Assembly: GCA_963796915.1 (NCBI GenBank)
Contig: CAWCNI010000004.1
Coordinates: 130,758 to 194,757, forward strand
From: Vicinamibacteria bacterium
Lineage (GTDB): Bacteria; Acidobacteriota; Vicinamibacteria; Vicinamibacterales; JAENWD01
Length of the DNA: 64,000 bases
Direction: 5' to 3'
Shown: positions 8,841 through 17,546 of the stretch, piece after piece
Position numbering within the stretch: position 1 is the first letter of the stretch
Layout of the letters: each line of letters opens with the position of its first letter
Notes under the pieces: generated by a model
Told to the model about the DNA's origin: nothing
The model's database searches: none
Seen by the model: only the letters and a program-made list of their open reading frames with translations
Position numbers and translations under genes: made by a program

Positions 8841-10191
8841 CGACGACGCCGAAACGGTCGGCTTCATCGAGGAGCTGCTCGTCGCGCCGGATCGCCGCAT
8901 CCTGACGGCCGGCACTCCCGAGCGGGCACTTGCGCTCGTCCGCGACGAGGACATCGACGTCATCGTCTCGGACATCCACCTGGACGCCGACAAGACCGGG
9001 CTGGACCTGCTGCGCGCGGTCCGCTCCGGCGGTCACACCGCCCGCGTCGTTCTGATCAGCGGCTTCGGGACGCTGGAGACCGCCATCGACGCCGTTCGCC
9101 ACGGCGCGTTCGACTACATCAGCAAGCCGTTCAACATCGCAGAGGTCATGGCGACAGTCGAGCGCGCGCTGAACGCGCCGGGCGCGCCGCCCGACCGTCC
9201 TGCACCCCCGGCCGCGCCGCCTGGCCTGATCGGGCGCTCTGCGGCGATGCTCGCCGTGTACAAGCAGGTGGCGCAGGCCGCGGCGGCGCAGGCGCCTGTG
9301 CTCATCATCGGCGACAGCGGCACGGGCAAGGAGCTGGTGGCGCGGGCTATTCATCGGCACGGGCCGCGCGCGGCGCGGCCGTTCGTGCCCATCAACTGCG
9401 GCGCGCTCACCGAGACGCTGCTCGAGTCCGAGCTGTTCGGTCATGCGCGCGGCGCGTTCACCGGCGCCGTCAGCGACGCGCGCGGGTTGTTCGAGCAGGC
9501 GCAGGGCGGCACCATCCTCCTCGACGAGATCGGCGAGACGTCACCGGCGCTGCAGGTGAAGCTGCTGCGCGTCCTGCAGGAGGGCGAAGTCCGTCCTGTC
9601 GGCGCGTCACGCACGGTGCACGTCGACGCACGCGTCGTGGCCGCTACCAACGTGGAATTGGAGCAGGCCGTTGCCGGTGGCCGCTTCCGCCAGGATCTCT
9701 ACTATCGGCTGAGCGTGCTCGTCATCCGCGTGCCGCCACTGACAGCGCGCCGCGAGGACATCCCGCTGCTCGTCGAGCGCCTGCTGCAGAACGCGTGCGG
9801 CCGCGCCGGCCGATCGGTGTCGCTGGCGCCGTCGGCCCTGACGCGCCTGGTCGAACACGACTGGCCGGGCAACGTGCGCGAGCTCGAAAACACGCTCGAG
9901 CGCCTCGTGCTCACGGCGCGCGGCCACGTCATCACCGCCGACGACATCCGCTTCGGCCCCGTGGTGGCAGAGGCGAAGCCGGCCCGCGTCGATCTCGAGC
10001 CGCGCATGTTCGACGGGATGCCAACGCTCGACGAGCTCGAGCGGCGCTATCTGCTGCACGTGCTCGAGAGTGTCGGCGGCAACCGCACTCGCGCCGCCGA
10101 GGCGCTCGGGATCGATCGCCGCACGTTGTACAGGATGGCGGAGCGGTTCGGGCTGGCGCTCCCCGACGCCGGCGGCACCGCGGGCGCCTAG
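8818..10191 (+). CDS. sigma-54-dependent response regulator (NtrC/AtoC family)
   Basis: 457 aa. It has a receiver domain (LLIVDDD...VIVSDIHLD), an AAA+ core with Walker A GDSGTGKE, an intact GAFTGA loop, ESELFGH, and a C-terminal Fis-type HTH (NRTRAAEALGIDRRTLYRMAERFGL). It overlaps the kinase gene by 23 nt. Confidence 0.92.
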   Translation: MPTLLIVDDDAETVGFIEELLVAPDRRILTAGTPERALALVRDEDIDVIVSDIHLDADKTGLDLLRAVRSGGHTARVVLISGFGTLETAIDAVRHGAFDYISKPFNIAEVMATVERALNAPGAPPDRPAPPAAPPGLIGRSAAMLAVYKQVAQAAAAQAPVLIIGDSGTGKELVARAIHRHGPRAARPFVPINCGALTETLLESELFGHARGAFTGAVSDARGLFEQAQGGTILLDEIGETSPALQVKLLRVLQEGEVRPVGASRTVHVDARVVAATNVELEQAVAGGRFRQDLYYRLSVLVIRVPPLTARREDIPLLVERLLQNACGRAGRSVSLAPSALTRLVEHDWPGNVRELENTLERLVLTARGHVITADDIRFGPVVAEAKPARVDLEPRMFDGMPTLDELERRYLLHVLESVGGNRTRAAEALGIDRRTLYRMAERFGLALPDAGGTAGA

Positions 10192-10201
10192 GAGACAGTC
10201 C

Positions 10202-10618
10202 CTAGGACGTCGCGAGGCCGCAGACGCTGGCCAGCGGGGCGCCGCGCTCGAGCAGGAAGCTTCGGTGCAATCCCCAATGATGGCGCGCCAGCATCACCGA
10301 CGAGGCGGTGCGGACTCCGCTGTGCTCGGTGTAGCGCACCTTCGCCGCCTGGCCGGCCGCCGCACTCAATTCCGTTGACGGCACGACGGCTGGTCCGCGA
10401 CGGACGGTGGTCGTATCGGCTACCGAAAATACTCGATCGCCGCGGCTCGTCTTGAGCGTCAGCTGATGCGTCGCCGGATCGAACCGCGCGATCGTCCCGG
10501 TCTCCGCCAGCGTGGTGATGGCCTCCTGATCGTCCGCCGCCGGCGCGGCGCGCAGGCGCGCGGCTTCGGCCGCGGAAACCGCGCTCAGGACGATGGCGAA
10601 CCAGTGTCGGCGTGTCAT
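10202..10618 (-). CDS. small secreted hypothetical protein
   Basis: 138 aa with a signal-peptide-like N-terminus [19 protein letters not shown] and high GC3 over most of its length. It is convergent with the NtrC-type gene (10-nt gap). A sigma-54-like motif lies upstream. No family recognised, and the C-terminal ~25 aa look atypical. Confidence 0.5.
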   Translation of the reverse strand: MTRRHWFAIVLSAVSAAEAARLRAAPAADDQEAITTLAETGTIARFDPATHQLTLKTSRGDRVFSVADTTTVRRGPAVVPSTELSAAAGQAAKVRYTEHSGVRTASSVMLARHHWGLHRSFLLERGAPLASVCGLATS

Positions 10619-10647
10619 GGCGACTGCGGGACCTGACCACGTACAGA

Positions 10648-10664
10648 GTCAAGAGGTGTGCCAG
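10648..10664 (-). promoter_or_regulatory. candidate sigma-54 -24/-12 promoter (CTGGCAC-N5-TTGA)
   Basis: The minus strand reads CTGGCACACCTCTTGAC, with GG and the -12 element at the canonical spacing. It lies 30-46 nt upstream of ATG 10618. The -12 element is GA instead of the consensus GC. Confidence 0.3.
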
Positions 10665-10790
10665 TACCCGCCGTCCGCGAACCTCCCGATCCTGCGGTCC
10701 CGCAATCCGGCTCAGAGGGAAATATTCGCGTATACGTCCCGGCCATCGCGCCTCACCGGGGCGGGACGGCACGAGCGTTATGATCGACAG

Positions 10791-11207
10791 ATGCCCGTAC
10801 ATACGGACTATCTGTGGTTCAACACGTCGAAGCCGCGCGAAGTGGTTCGCATCACCGATGACGTCGCCGCCATCGTCAAGGCGAGCGGCGTCAAGGAGGG
10901 CATGGTCCTCGTCTCGGCCATGCACATCACGGCCAGCGTCTACGTGAACGACTGGGAGCGCGGGCTGATTGCCGACATTCAGGAGTGGCTCGAGCACCTC
11001 GCGCCGTCGGGGCCCGACTATCGGCACCACCAGACCGGGGAAGACAACGCCGACGCGCACCTCAAGCGGATTCTGCTGGGTCAGCAGGTCATCCTGCCGA
11101 TCACGGCCGGCAAGCTCGATCTGGGGCCATGGGAGCAGGTGTTCTACGCCGAGTTCGACGGCCAGCGGCGCAAGCGCGTGGTCGTGAAGGTGATGGGTGA
11201 GGCATGA
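10791..11207 (+). CDS. yjbQ: YjbQ/UPF0047 family protein (secondary thiamine-phosphate synthase-like)
   Basis: ORF 10593..11207 trimmed to ATG 10791 ([25 protein letters not shown]), giving 138 aa. The motifs [29 protein letters not shown] and [16 protein letters not shown] are typical of YjbQ. Confidence 0.85.
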   Translation: MPVHTDYLWFNTSKPREVVRITDDVAAIVKASGVKEGMVLVSAMHITASVYVNDWERGLIADIQEWLEHLAPSGPDYRHHQTGEDNADAHLKRILLGQQVILPITAGKLDLGPWEQVFYAEFDGQRRKRVVVKVMGEA

Positions 11208-12058
11208 GCCCCGATCCGTTTGACGTCGTGCGCGACTGGTTTGCGGCGTACAACCGGAGCGAGATCGACACGCTCGAGAGCCTCTATGATCCCACCGCGT
11301 CGCTCGAGCAGGACCACGGCCTGACCCAGAGCCGCGACGGCATCCGCGCCGTGCTGGAGCGTCATTTCAAGGAGTGGGCGCCAGGGTTCGAGGGCGGGCT
11401 GCGGCGACGTGTGCGAATGATCGGCCGGATCGAGAGCGGCATGATCCACGCGGAGTGGGCGGAGTGCGAGCGGCGGGATGCGGGCGCGCCGCCGAGAGAA
11501 CGTCGCGGTTACACGGACTTCGTCGTCGAAGCCGGGCGCATTCACACGCAGAGAGAGGTCGTGGGCGATGGGCCGGCGCCGGCAGACGAGGCGCCCCCGC
11601 CGCCAGAGACGGCACCGCCGCCGCGACGCTACCCGCCGCGGCCGGTCGTCGGCGTCGGCGCCGTCATCCTCCACGAGGGACGCGTCGTGCTGATCAAGCG
11701 ACAGTACGAGCCGCTCGCCGGACAATGGAGCCTGCCGGGCGGCACGCTGGAGCTCGGGGAATCGCTCGAGGCAGGCGTCGCGCGCGAGATGCGCGAAGAG
11801 ACCGGACTGGAAGTAGAGGTCGGGCCGGTCGTGGATGTGTTCGATCGCATCCTGCTCGACACCGATGGGCGCGTGCGCTACCACTTCGTCCTCGTCGACT
11901 ACGTCTGCCGCCCGATTGGCGGCCGCCTCGTCGCCGGATCCGATGTCGCCGACGCTGTGTTCGCCGATCCGACCGAGCTTGCGCCGTTCCGCCTGACGCC
12001 GAAAGCCGTCGCCGTCATCGAGCGCGCCCTGTCAATGGCGCCGGAGTTCTCGGGATGA
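11204..12058 (+). CDS. NTF2-like (SnoaL-type) domain fused to a NUDIX hydrolase
   Basis: 284 aa. The N-terminal ~125 aa is NTF2-like ([20 protein letters not shown]). A Pro-rich linker follows ([24 protein letters not shown]). The C-terminus carries a Nudix box, [24 protein letters not shown]. The ATGA start/stop overlap with yjbQ is at 11204-11207. Confidence 0.85.
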   Translation: MSPDPFDVVRDWFAAYNRSEIDTLESLYDPTASLEQDHGLTQSRDGIRAVLERHFKEWAPGFEGGLRRRVRMIGRIESGMIHAEWAECERRDAGAPPRERRGYTDFVVEAGRIHTQREVVGDGPAPADEAPPPPETAPPPRRYPPRPVVGVGAVILHEGRVVLIKRQYEPLAGQWSLPGGTLELGESLEAGVAREMREETGLEVEVGPVVDVFDRILLDTDGRVRYHFVLVDYVCRPIGGRLVAGSDVADAVFADPTELAPFRLTPKAVAVIERALSMAPEFSG

Positions 12059-12130
12059 GCGGGACGTGGCGTGACCAATTCGGTCTCGTGCTGAGAAAAC
12101 CTGTTACAGTGGCGCCGCTTCCACCGAGGC

Positions 12131-12364
12131 ATGCCCAATGGCCTCCCACCAGAACGTCCCGACTTCCTGGATCATCCGGGGGGCCGCATCCGTGCCCGCC
12201 AGGCGCAGATCGAGCGCTTGAAGGTCAAGCTCGAACGCACCTATCGCAGTTGGCTGACGTGTCGATCGCCCGAGCTGAAAGAAATGCTCGAGTCCAAGGT
12301 GATCGAGTACGAGGATCGCATCGAGCAACTCGATCGTCTGAATCGCGCGGCCACCGAGGAGTAG
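12131..12364 (+). CDS. small hypothetical coiled-coil protein
   Basis: 77 aa, charged and heptad-like (RARQAQIERLKVKLERTY...IEYEDRIEQLDRLNRAATEE), with moderate GC3 bias. No recognisable family or clear SD sequence. Confidence 0.35.
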   Translation: MPNGLPPERPDFLDHPGGRIRARQAQIERLKVKLERTYRSWLTCRSPELKEMLESKVIEYEDRIEQLDRLNRAATEE

Positions 12365-12440
12365 CGGCGCTGCGCTGCGATCTGCGCTCGGTCCTGCAGC
12401 GTCCGGTGGCTGCGCTGCCCTCGGCTTGCCCTGGCCATCG

Positions 12441-12520
12441 GTAGGGCCGATCTTTAGATCGGCCATCAGCGCGCCAGATCGGCGATTCATCGGGATGGCC
12501 AATCTAAAGATTGGCCCTAC
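12441..12520. repeat. REP doublet (REPIN-like inverted pair)
   Basis: GTAGGGCCGATCTTTAGATCGGCC (12441..12464) and GGCCAATCTAAAGATTGGCCCTAC (12497..12520) lie in inverted orientation, 32 nt apart. Confidence 0.9.
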
Positions 12521-12568
12521 AGGTTCTGTCGCCGGGCCTGCCGTGCCTTTGCTTGCTCTTGCCGTGCC

Positions 12569-14077
12569 CTAGGCCGGCCCTGATGCGCCTATGCGCCTGC
12601 TCCAGAACGCGTACACGGGCACGCCAAGCAGCACGATCGCGAGGCCGGGCCACGTCGTGGCTGGGCGATAGATGAACAGCACCAGCAGAATCGTCGACGC
12701 GCCCGCGATGTAGAGGAGCGGGATGACGGGATAACCGAACGCGCGGTACGGCCGTTCGGCGTCGGGTCGTGTGGACCGCAGGCGGAACACGCCGGCGATG
12801 GCGAGGATGTAGAACAGCAACGCGGCCGAGATGACGTAGTCCAGCAGGTTGCTGTAGAGATTTCCGTAGTGACCGGTGGCTGAATCGTAGGTCCGCGGCA
12901 GCACCAGCAGCGCCGACCACAGGCCCTGGACGACGAGGCCGGCGGCGGGCACCTTGGCGTCGTTCAACTGCGCAATCCGCTTGAAGAACAGCCCGTCGCG
13001 CGCCATCGCGTAATACGCGCGGGCGCCGGCCAGGATCAGGCCGTTGTTGCAGCCGAAGGTCGAGATCAGGATGCCGGCGGCCATCAGCGACGCGCCGAGG
13101 CCCGGCACGATGACGTTGAGCGCCGCCGTGGCGACGCGATCCGATGGCGCATGCTGGATTGCCGCCAGCGGCAGCGTCACCAGGTAGCCGAGATTCGCCA
13201 GCAGGTAGAGCCCGGTCACGATGGCCGTGCCGAACGCCAGTGAGAGCGGGAGCGTGCGACGCGGGTCCTTCACCTCGCCCGCGGTGAAGGTGATGTTGTT
13301 CCACGCGTCCGACGAGAAGAGCGATCCGGTCTGCGCGACGCACAGCGCGACGAAGAGGCCGAACGGCGTCGCCGCCGAGAGGCCCGCGGCGATGTCCACC
13401 TGTCCGCGCGGCGTCCAGAAATCACCGAAGTTGCCCGACACCGCCGTCGCATTCCACCCGGCCAGCAGGCCCGCGGCGATGAGCGCGACGAGCGCGCCGG
13501 TCTTGGCCACCGTGAAGACGTTCTGCACGATACGCCCGTAGTCGATGCCGCGGGTGTTGGTCCACGTCAGCAGCGCGATCAGCAGCACCGCGACGAGTTG
13601 CGCGGTCGAGAGCGACAGCGCGTAGCCGGTGGTGACGTGAATCGGCGCGATCAGGTAGTGGTCCTCCGCGATGCCCGGTACCAGCACGCCGAGGAACCGC
13701 GCGAAGGCGACGCCGACGGCGGCGATGGTGCCGGTCTGGATCACGAGGAACAGCGTCCAGCCGTAGAGAAACCCCCAGAGCGGCGAGAACGCCTCCCGCA
13801 GGTAGACGTACTGGCCGCCGGCCCGCGGCATCATCGCCGCCAGCTCGCCATAGGCCAGGGCCGCGGCCAGGGTGAGGGCACCGGTGACGAGCCACGCCAT
13901 GAGCAGCCAGCCGGGGCTTCCCACCTGGCGGGCGATGTCGGCCGAGACGATGAAGATCCCCGAGCCGATCATCGATCCGACGACGACCATCGTCGAGTCG
14001 AACAGGCCGAGGCCGCGCTTGAACTCAGTGTCGAGGCCGGTCGACCAGGTGTCGGCGGCGCGTGCGGGTGTGGTCAT
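12569..14077 (-). CDS. APC-superfamily amino acid permease
   Basis: ORF 12569..14491 trimmed to ATG 14077 (MTTPARAADTWSTGLDTEFKRGLGLFDSTMVVVGSMIGSGIFIV), giving 502 aa with about 12 hydrophobic segments. The N-terminal motif GSGIF is typical of APC transporters. Confidence 0.88.
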   Translation of the reverse strand: MTTPARAADTWSTGLDTEFKRGLGLFDSTMVVVGSMIGSGIFIVSADIARQVGSPGWLLMAWLVTGALTLAAALAYGELAAMMPRAGGQYVYLREAFSPLWGFLYGWTLFLVIQTGTIAAVGVAFARFLGVLVPGIAEDHYLIAPIHVTTGYALSLSTAQLVAVLLIALLTWTNTRGIDYGRIVQNVFTVAKTGALVALIAAGLLAGWNATAVSGNFGDFWTPRGQVDIAAGLSAATPFGLFVALCVAQTGSLFSSDAWNNITFTAGEVKDPRRTLPLSLAFGTAIVTGLYLLANLGYLVTLPLAAIQHAPSDRVATAALNVIVPGLGASLMAAGILISTFGCNNGLILAGARAYYAMARDGLFFKRIAQLNDAKVPAAGLVVQGLWSALLVLPRTYDSATGHYGNLYSNLLDYVISAALLFYILAIAGVFRLRSTRPDAERPYRAFGYPVIPLLYIAGASTILLVLFIYRPATTWPGLAIVLLGVPVYAFWSRRIGASGPA

Positions 14078-14134
14078 CCGGCTCTCTTTCGAGTACGATC
14101 TTGCGGGCGCGGGCACTATAACTGTCGCTGACTG

Positions 14135-14755
14135 GTGCCGGCAAGCGCGCACGTCCTCAGGAGCCGCGATTTCTTGTCCATCACCCCAACCCGCGAGGCG
14201 GCCTGGGCGCTCGTGACCGAGTGGACCGCGAGCGAGAGCCTGCGCAAGCACATGCTCGCCGTCGAGGCCGCCGTCCGTGGCTACGCGCGTCAGTTCGGCG
14301 AAGACGAAGAGGCGTGGTCCGCCGTCGCCCTGCTGCACGACTTCGACTACGAGCGCTATCCAGAGGCCTCGGATCACCCGTTCCGCGGCGTCGAGCACCT
14401 GACCGCGCTCGGCTATCCCGAATGGGTCACGCGCGCCATCCTGTCGCACGCCGACTACAGCGGCGTCGCCCGCGAGTCGCGGCTCGAACACACGCTGTAT
14501 GCCTGCGACGAGATGTCAGGTTTCGTCACCGCGGCGGCGCTGGTACGACCGAGCCGCAGCGTCCTCGATCTGGAGGCGGCCTCGGTGATCAAGCGCATGA
14601 AGGACAAGGCGTTCGCGAGAGCCGTCAGCCGCGACGACCTGCGCCGCGGGGCCGAGGCGCTGGGCCTGCCACTCGACGTGCACATCGCCAACGTCATCGC
14701 GTTCCTCAGGCCGCAGGCCGCGGCGCTGGGCCTGGCCGGGCAACCGCCGGCGTGA
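14135..14755 (+). CDS. HD-domain phosphohydrolase
   Basis: 206 aa with LRKHMLAVEAAVRGYA...ALLHDFDYERYP (an HD motif). The GTG start at 14135 is uncertain; an internal TTG near 14174 is possible. Confidence 0.75.
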   Translation: MPASAHVLRSRDFLSITPTREAAWALVTEWTASESLRKHMLAVEAAVRGYARQFGEDEEAWSAVALLHDFDYERYPEASDHPFRGVEHLTALGYPEWVTRAILSHADYSGVARESRLEHTLYACDEMSGFVTAAALVRPSRSVLDLEAASVIKRMKDKAFARAVSRDDLRRGAEALGLPLDVHIANVIAFLRPQAAALGLAGQPPA

Positions 14756-14800
14756 GGCCTCCGAACTTCGCTTTCGCCGGCCGCGTATCAGGTAGAGGGC

Positions 14801-15755
14801 ATGCCTGAACCGGAGACTTCCACCGCCGCGGCGCCAATTTCGGACGTGGTGACGCTGCAGGCCGTGACGGTGGCCTACGGACGCAACGTCGCGCTGCGGG
14901 ACGTGACAGCGTCGTTCAAGGCTGGCGCCGTCGGTCTGCTCGGCCCGAACGGGGCGGGCAAGAGCACGATGATCCGGAGTCTGCTCGGGTTCATCGTGCC
15001 GACGGCCGGCACGATGCGCGTGCTCGGCCTCGACGTCGCCGCTCAACCCCTCGACATCCGTGCCCGCATCGGCTACATGCCGGAAAACGACGCGCACATC
15101 ACCGGCATGACGGCGGTGGCCTTCGTCGCCTACTGCGGCGAGCTGGCCGGCCTGGGGCCAGTCGATGCGATGCAGCGCGCGCACGAGTCGCTGTACTACG
15201 TCGGCCTTGGCGAGGCGCGCTACCGCACCGTCGAGACGTTTTCGACCGGCATGAAGCAGCGCATCAAGCTCGCGCAGGCGCTGGTCCACGATCCTGATCT
15301 GCTCTTCCTCGACGAGCCGACCAACGGCATGGACCCGCGCGGCCGCGACGAGATGCTGGAACTGATTCACGACCTCGGGCACACCAAGAACAAGAACCTG
15401 ATTCTCTGCTCCCACCTGCTGAACGACGTCGAGTACCTGCTGCGATCGCGTCGTCGTCATGGACAAGGGCCGCATCGCCGCGGAAGGCCCGATCAGCGAG
15501 CTGAAGGGCTCGGCCGGCCGCGTCTTCGAGATCAGGGCCAAGTCGGGACACGACCGCCTGATTGCCGCCTGCCGCGCCGCCGGCTACGAGTGCAAGGAAA
15601 CCGACGAGGACGTGATGCGCGTGTTCGTGCCGGAAGGACAGGGGCCGCGCGAGCTCTTCGCGCTGGCGTCGAGAGAGGGCCTCCAGCTGCGGCATCTGCG
15701 GCCCAGCGTGCCGACGCTCGAAGACGTCTTCGCCCGCGCGGTGGGGGAGGACTAG
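14801..15755 (+). pseudogene. ABC transporter ATP-binding protein (ABC-2/CcmA-like), frame broken by a 1-nt insertion at ~15440
   Basis: Frame A has Walker A GPNGAGKST, the signature FSTGMKQRIKLAQAL and Walker B LLFLDEPTNGMD, running to ...LNDVEYL. Frame B (15441 onward) continues CDRVVVMDKGRIAAEGPISELK...TLEDVFARAVGED. The extra C lies in ctgCtgc. Joined length is ~317 aa. Confidence 0.85.
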
Positions 15756-15775
15756 CGCCGCGGCGCCAGAGCGTC

Positions 15776-16615
15776 ATGCCTATTCACGATCAGGGATACA
15801 GGCCTTTTGAGGGCACCCGCCTTCCGCGCGGCCGCGGCTGGCTGGTGATTGCCCGCGCCGGTATCCGGACGGTGCTCGCGCGCCGCGCGTTCCTCGGGCT
15901 GCTGCTGGTGGCGTGGCTGCCGTTTGCGTTCGAAGCGGTGAAGTTCTATCTGTCCAGCACGTTCGGCCAGGTGCCGATGCTGACCACGACGGCGCAGACG
16001 TTCCGGGCGTTTCTGGAGCACCAGGAGACGTTCATCTTCTTCATCACGATCTTCATCGGCACCGGGCTGATTGCCAACGATCGTCGCGCCAACGCGCTGC
16101 AGATCTATTTGTCGAAGCCGCTGACGCGGGTCGAGTACGTGGCGGGCAAGGCCGTGATCCTCGCGGTGTTCCTGCTCGGCGTCACCTGGCTGCCCGGCAT
16201 CCTGCTGCTCGCGCTGCAGGCGCTGTTCGCGGGCAGCTTCGAGTTCCTTCGCGCCAACCTGTTCCTCGTGCCCGCCATCACCGTCTACGCGGCGCTGCAG
16301 GTCTCGCTGGCGACGTTCACGATGCTGGCGCTCTCGTCGGTCTCGAAAAGCCCGCGCTTCGTCGGCATCATGTATGCGGGCGTGATCTTCTTCGGCGACG
16401 CGATTTTCGGCGTCCTCAAGTTCGTCGTGAACGCGAGCGCGGCGTCAGTGGTGTCGCCGACGCAGAGCATGGCGCAGATCGGCGACTTCATTTTCCGCGT
16501 GCCGCCCCGGCACGACGCCCCGGTCGGTCTCTCGCTGCTCGTCGTCCTCACGCTGATCGGCGTGTCGATTGTCGTGCTCGAACGCCGGATCCGCGGCGTC
16601 GAGGTGGTGGCATGA
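15776..16615 (+). CDS. ABC-2 type transporter permease
   Basis: ATG 15776 (MPIHDQGYRPFEGTRLPRGRGWLVIARAG) starts a 279-aa protein with about 6 hydrophobic segments. In the supplied track it is read through as part of ORF 14801..16615. Confidence 0.8.
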   Translation: MPIHDQGYRPFEGTRLPRGRGWLVIARAGIRTVLARRAFLGLLLVAWLPFAFEAVKFYLSSTFGQVPMLTTTAQTFRAFLEHQETFIFFITIFIGTGLIANDRRANALQIYLSKPLTRVEYVAGKAVILAVFLLGVTWLPGILLLALQALFAGSFEFLRANLFLVPAITVYAALQVSLATFTMLALSSVSKSPRFVGIMYAGVIFFGDAIFGVLKFVVNASAASVVSPTQSMAQIGDFIFRVPPRHDAPVGLSLLVVLTLIGVSIVVLERRIRGVEVVA

Positions 16616-17544
16616 GCGCGCCCGGCACGGTGACGATCGAGGCGGATCACCTGAGCAAGTGGTACGGCCAGGTGATCGGCCTCAACGACGTCTCGGTGCA
16701 GGTGCCGGCGGGCATCACCGGCCTGCTCGGGCCCAACGGCGCCGGCAAGTCCACGTTCATGAAGCTCGTCACCGGGCAGCTCAAGCCGAGCAAGGGCGCC
16801 GTCCGCGTGCTTGGCGAGCCGATCTGGGGCAACCCCGCGCTGTACCGCCGCATCGGCTTCTGCCCCGAGCAGGACGCGTTCTACGAGCGGATGACCGGCC
16901 TGGAATGGGTGACGTCCCTCGTGCGCCTGAACGGCTACGGTGAAAGCGAAGCCCTCGCCGCAGCCAAGGCCGCGCTCGAGGAAGTGGACCTGATGCCGGC
17001 GGCGGACAAGAAGATCGGCGCCTACAGCAAAGGCATGCGGCAGCGCGTCAAGCTGGCCCAGGCCCTGGCCCATCAGCCGGAGTTGCTGATTCTCGACGAG
17101 CCGCTGTCAGGGATGGACCCGCTGATGCGCCGCAAGACGATTCGTCTTGTGAAGGACTGGGCGCGCGCCGGCAAGAGCGTGCTGGTCTCGAGCCACATCC
17201 TGCACGAAATCGAAGCCATGACGCCGAACATCCTGCTGGTGCACAACGGCCGGATCCTGGCGGAAGGCAACGTGCATCAGATCCGCGACCTGATCGACAC
17301 GCATCCCCACACCGTCTACATCAAGGCCGACGATCCGCGCGCGCTCGCGCGGCAGTTCCTGGTCGACGACAACGTGCTCAGCCTGAAGTTCGATCCAGGT
17401 GCGCTCATCATCCAGACGGCGAGGCCGGACGTGTTCTACACGCGGTTGACCGAGCTGGCCGCCTCAGGCGAGGTGGGACAGGTCGATGAAGTCACGTCCC
17501 CAGACGACAACCTGCAGGCCGTCTTCCAGTACCTGGTGAAATAG
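16612..17544 (+). CDS. ABC transporter ATP-binding protein (second ATPase of the locus)
   Basis: ATG 16612 overlaps the upstream stop (ATGA). 310 aa with Walker A GPNGAGKST, the signature YSKGMRQRVKLAQAL and Walker B LLILDEPLSGMD. Confidence 0.9.
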   Translation: MSAPGTVTIEADHLSKWYGQVIGLNDVSVQVPAGITGLLGPNGAGKSTFMKLVTGQLKPSKGAVRVLGEPIWGNPALYRRIGFCPEQDAFYERMTGLEWVTSLVRLNGYGESEALAAAKAALEEVDLMPAADKKIGAYSKGMRQRVKLAQALAHQPELLILDEPLSGMDPLMRRKTIRLVKDWARAGKSVLVSSHILHEIEAMTPNILLVHNGRILAEGNVHQIRDLIDTHPHTVYIKADDPRALARQFLVDDNVLSLKFDPGALIIQTARPDVFYTRLTELAASGEVGQVDEVTSPDDNLQAVFQYLVK

Positions 17545-17546
17545 CG

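Noticed and set aside
6999-8993. 664-aa minus-strand ORF opposite the histidine kinase
   Set aside because: It is antisense to a gene with complete HisKA/HATPase motifs. Its composition is a low-complexity Arg/Ala/Gly artefact.
14801-17544. ORFs 14801..16615 (604 aa) and 15913..17544 (543 aa) taken as single large proteins
   Set aside because: The first is the frameshifted ATPase reading through into the permease frame. The second is an out-of-frame N-terminal extension of the second ATPase, whose real start is ATG 16612.
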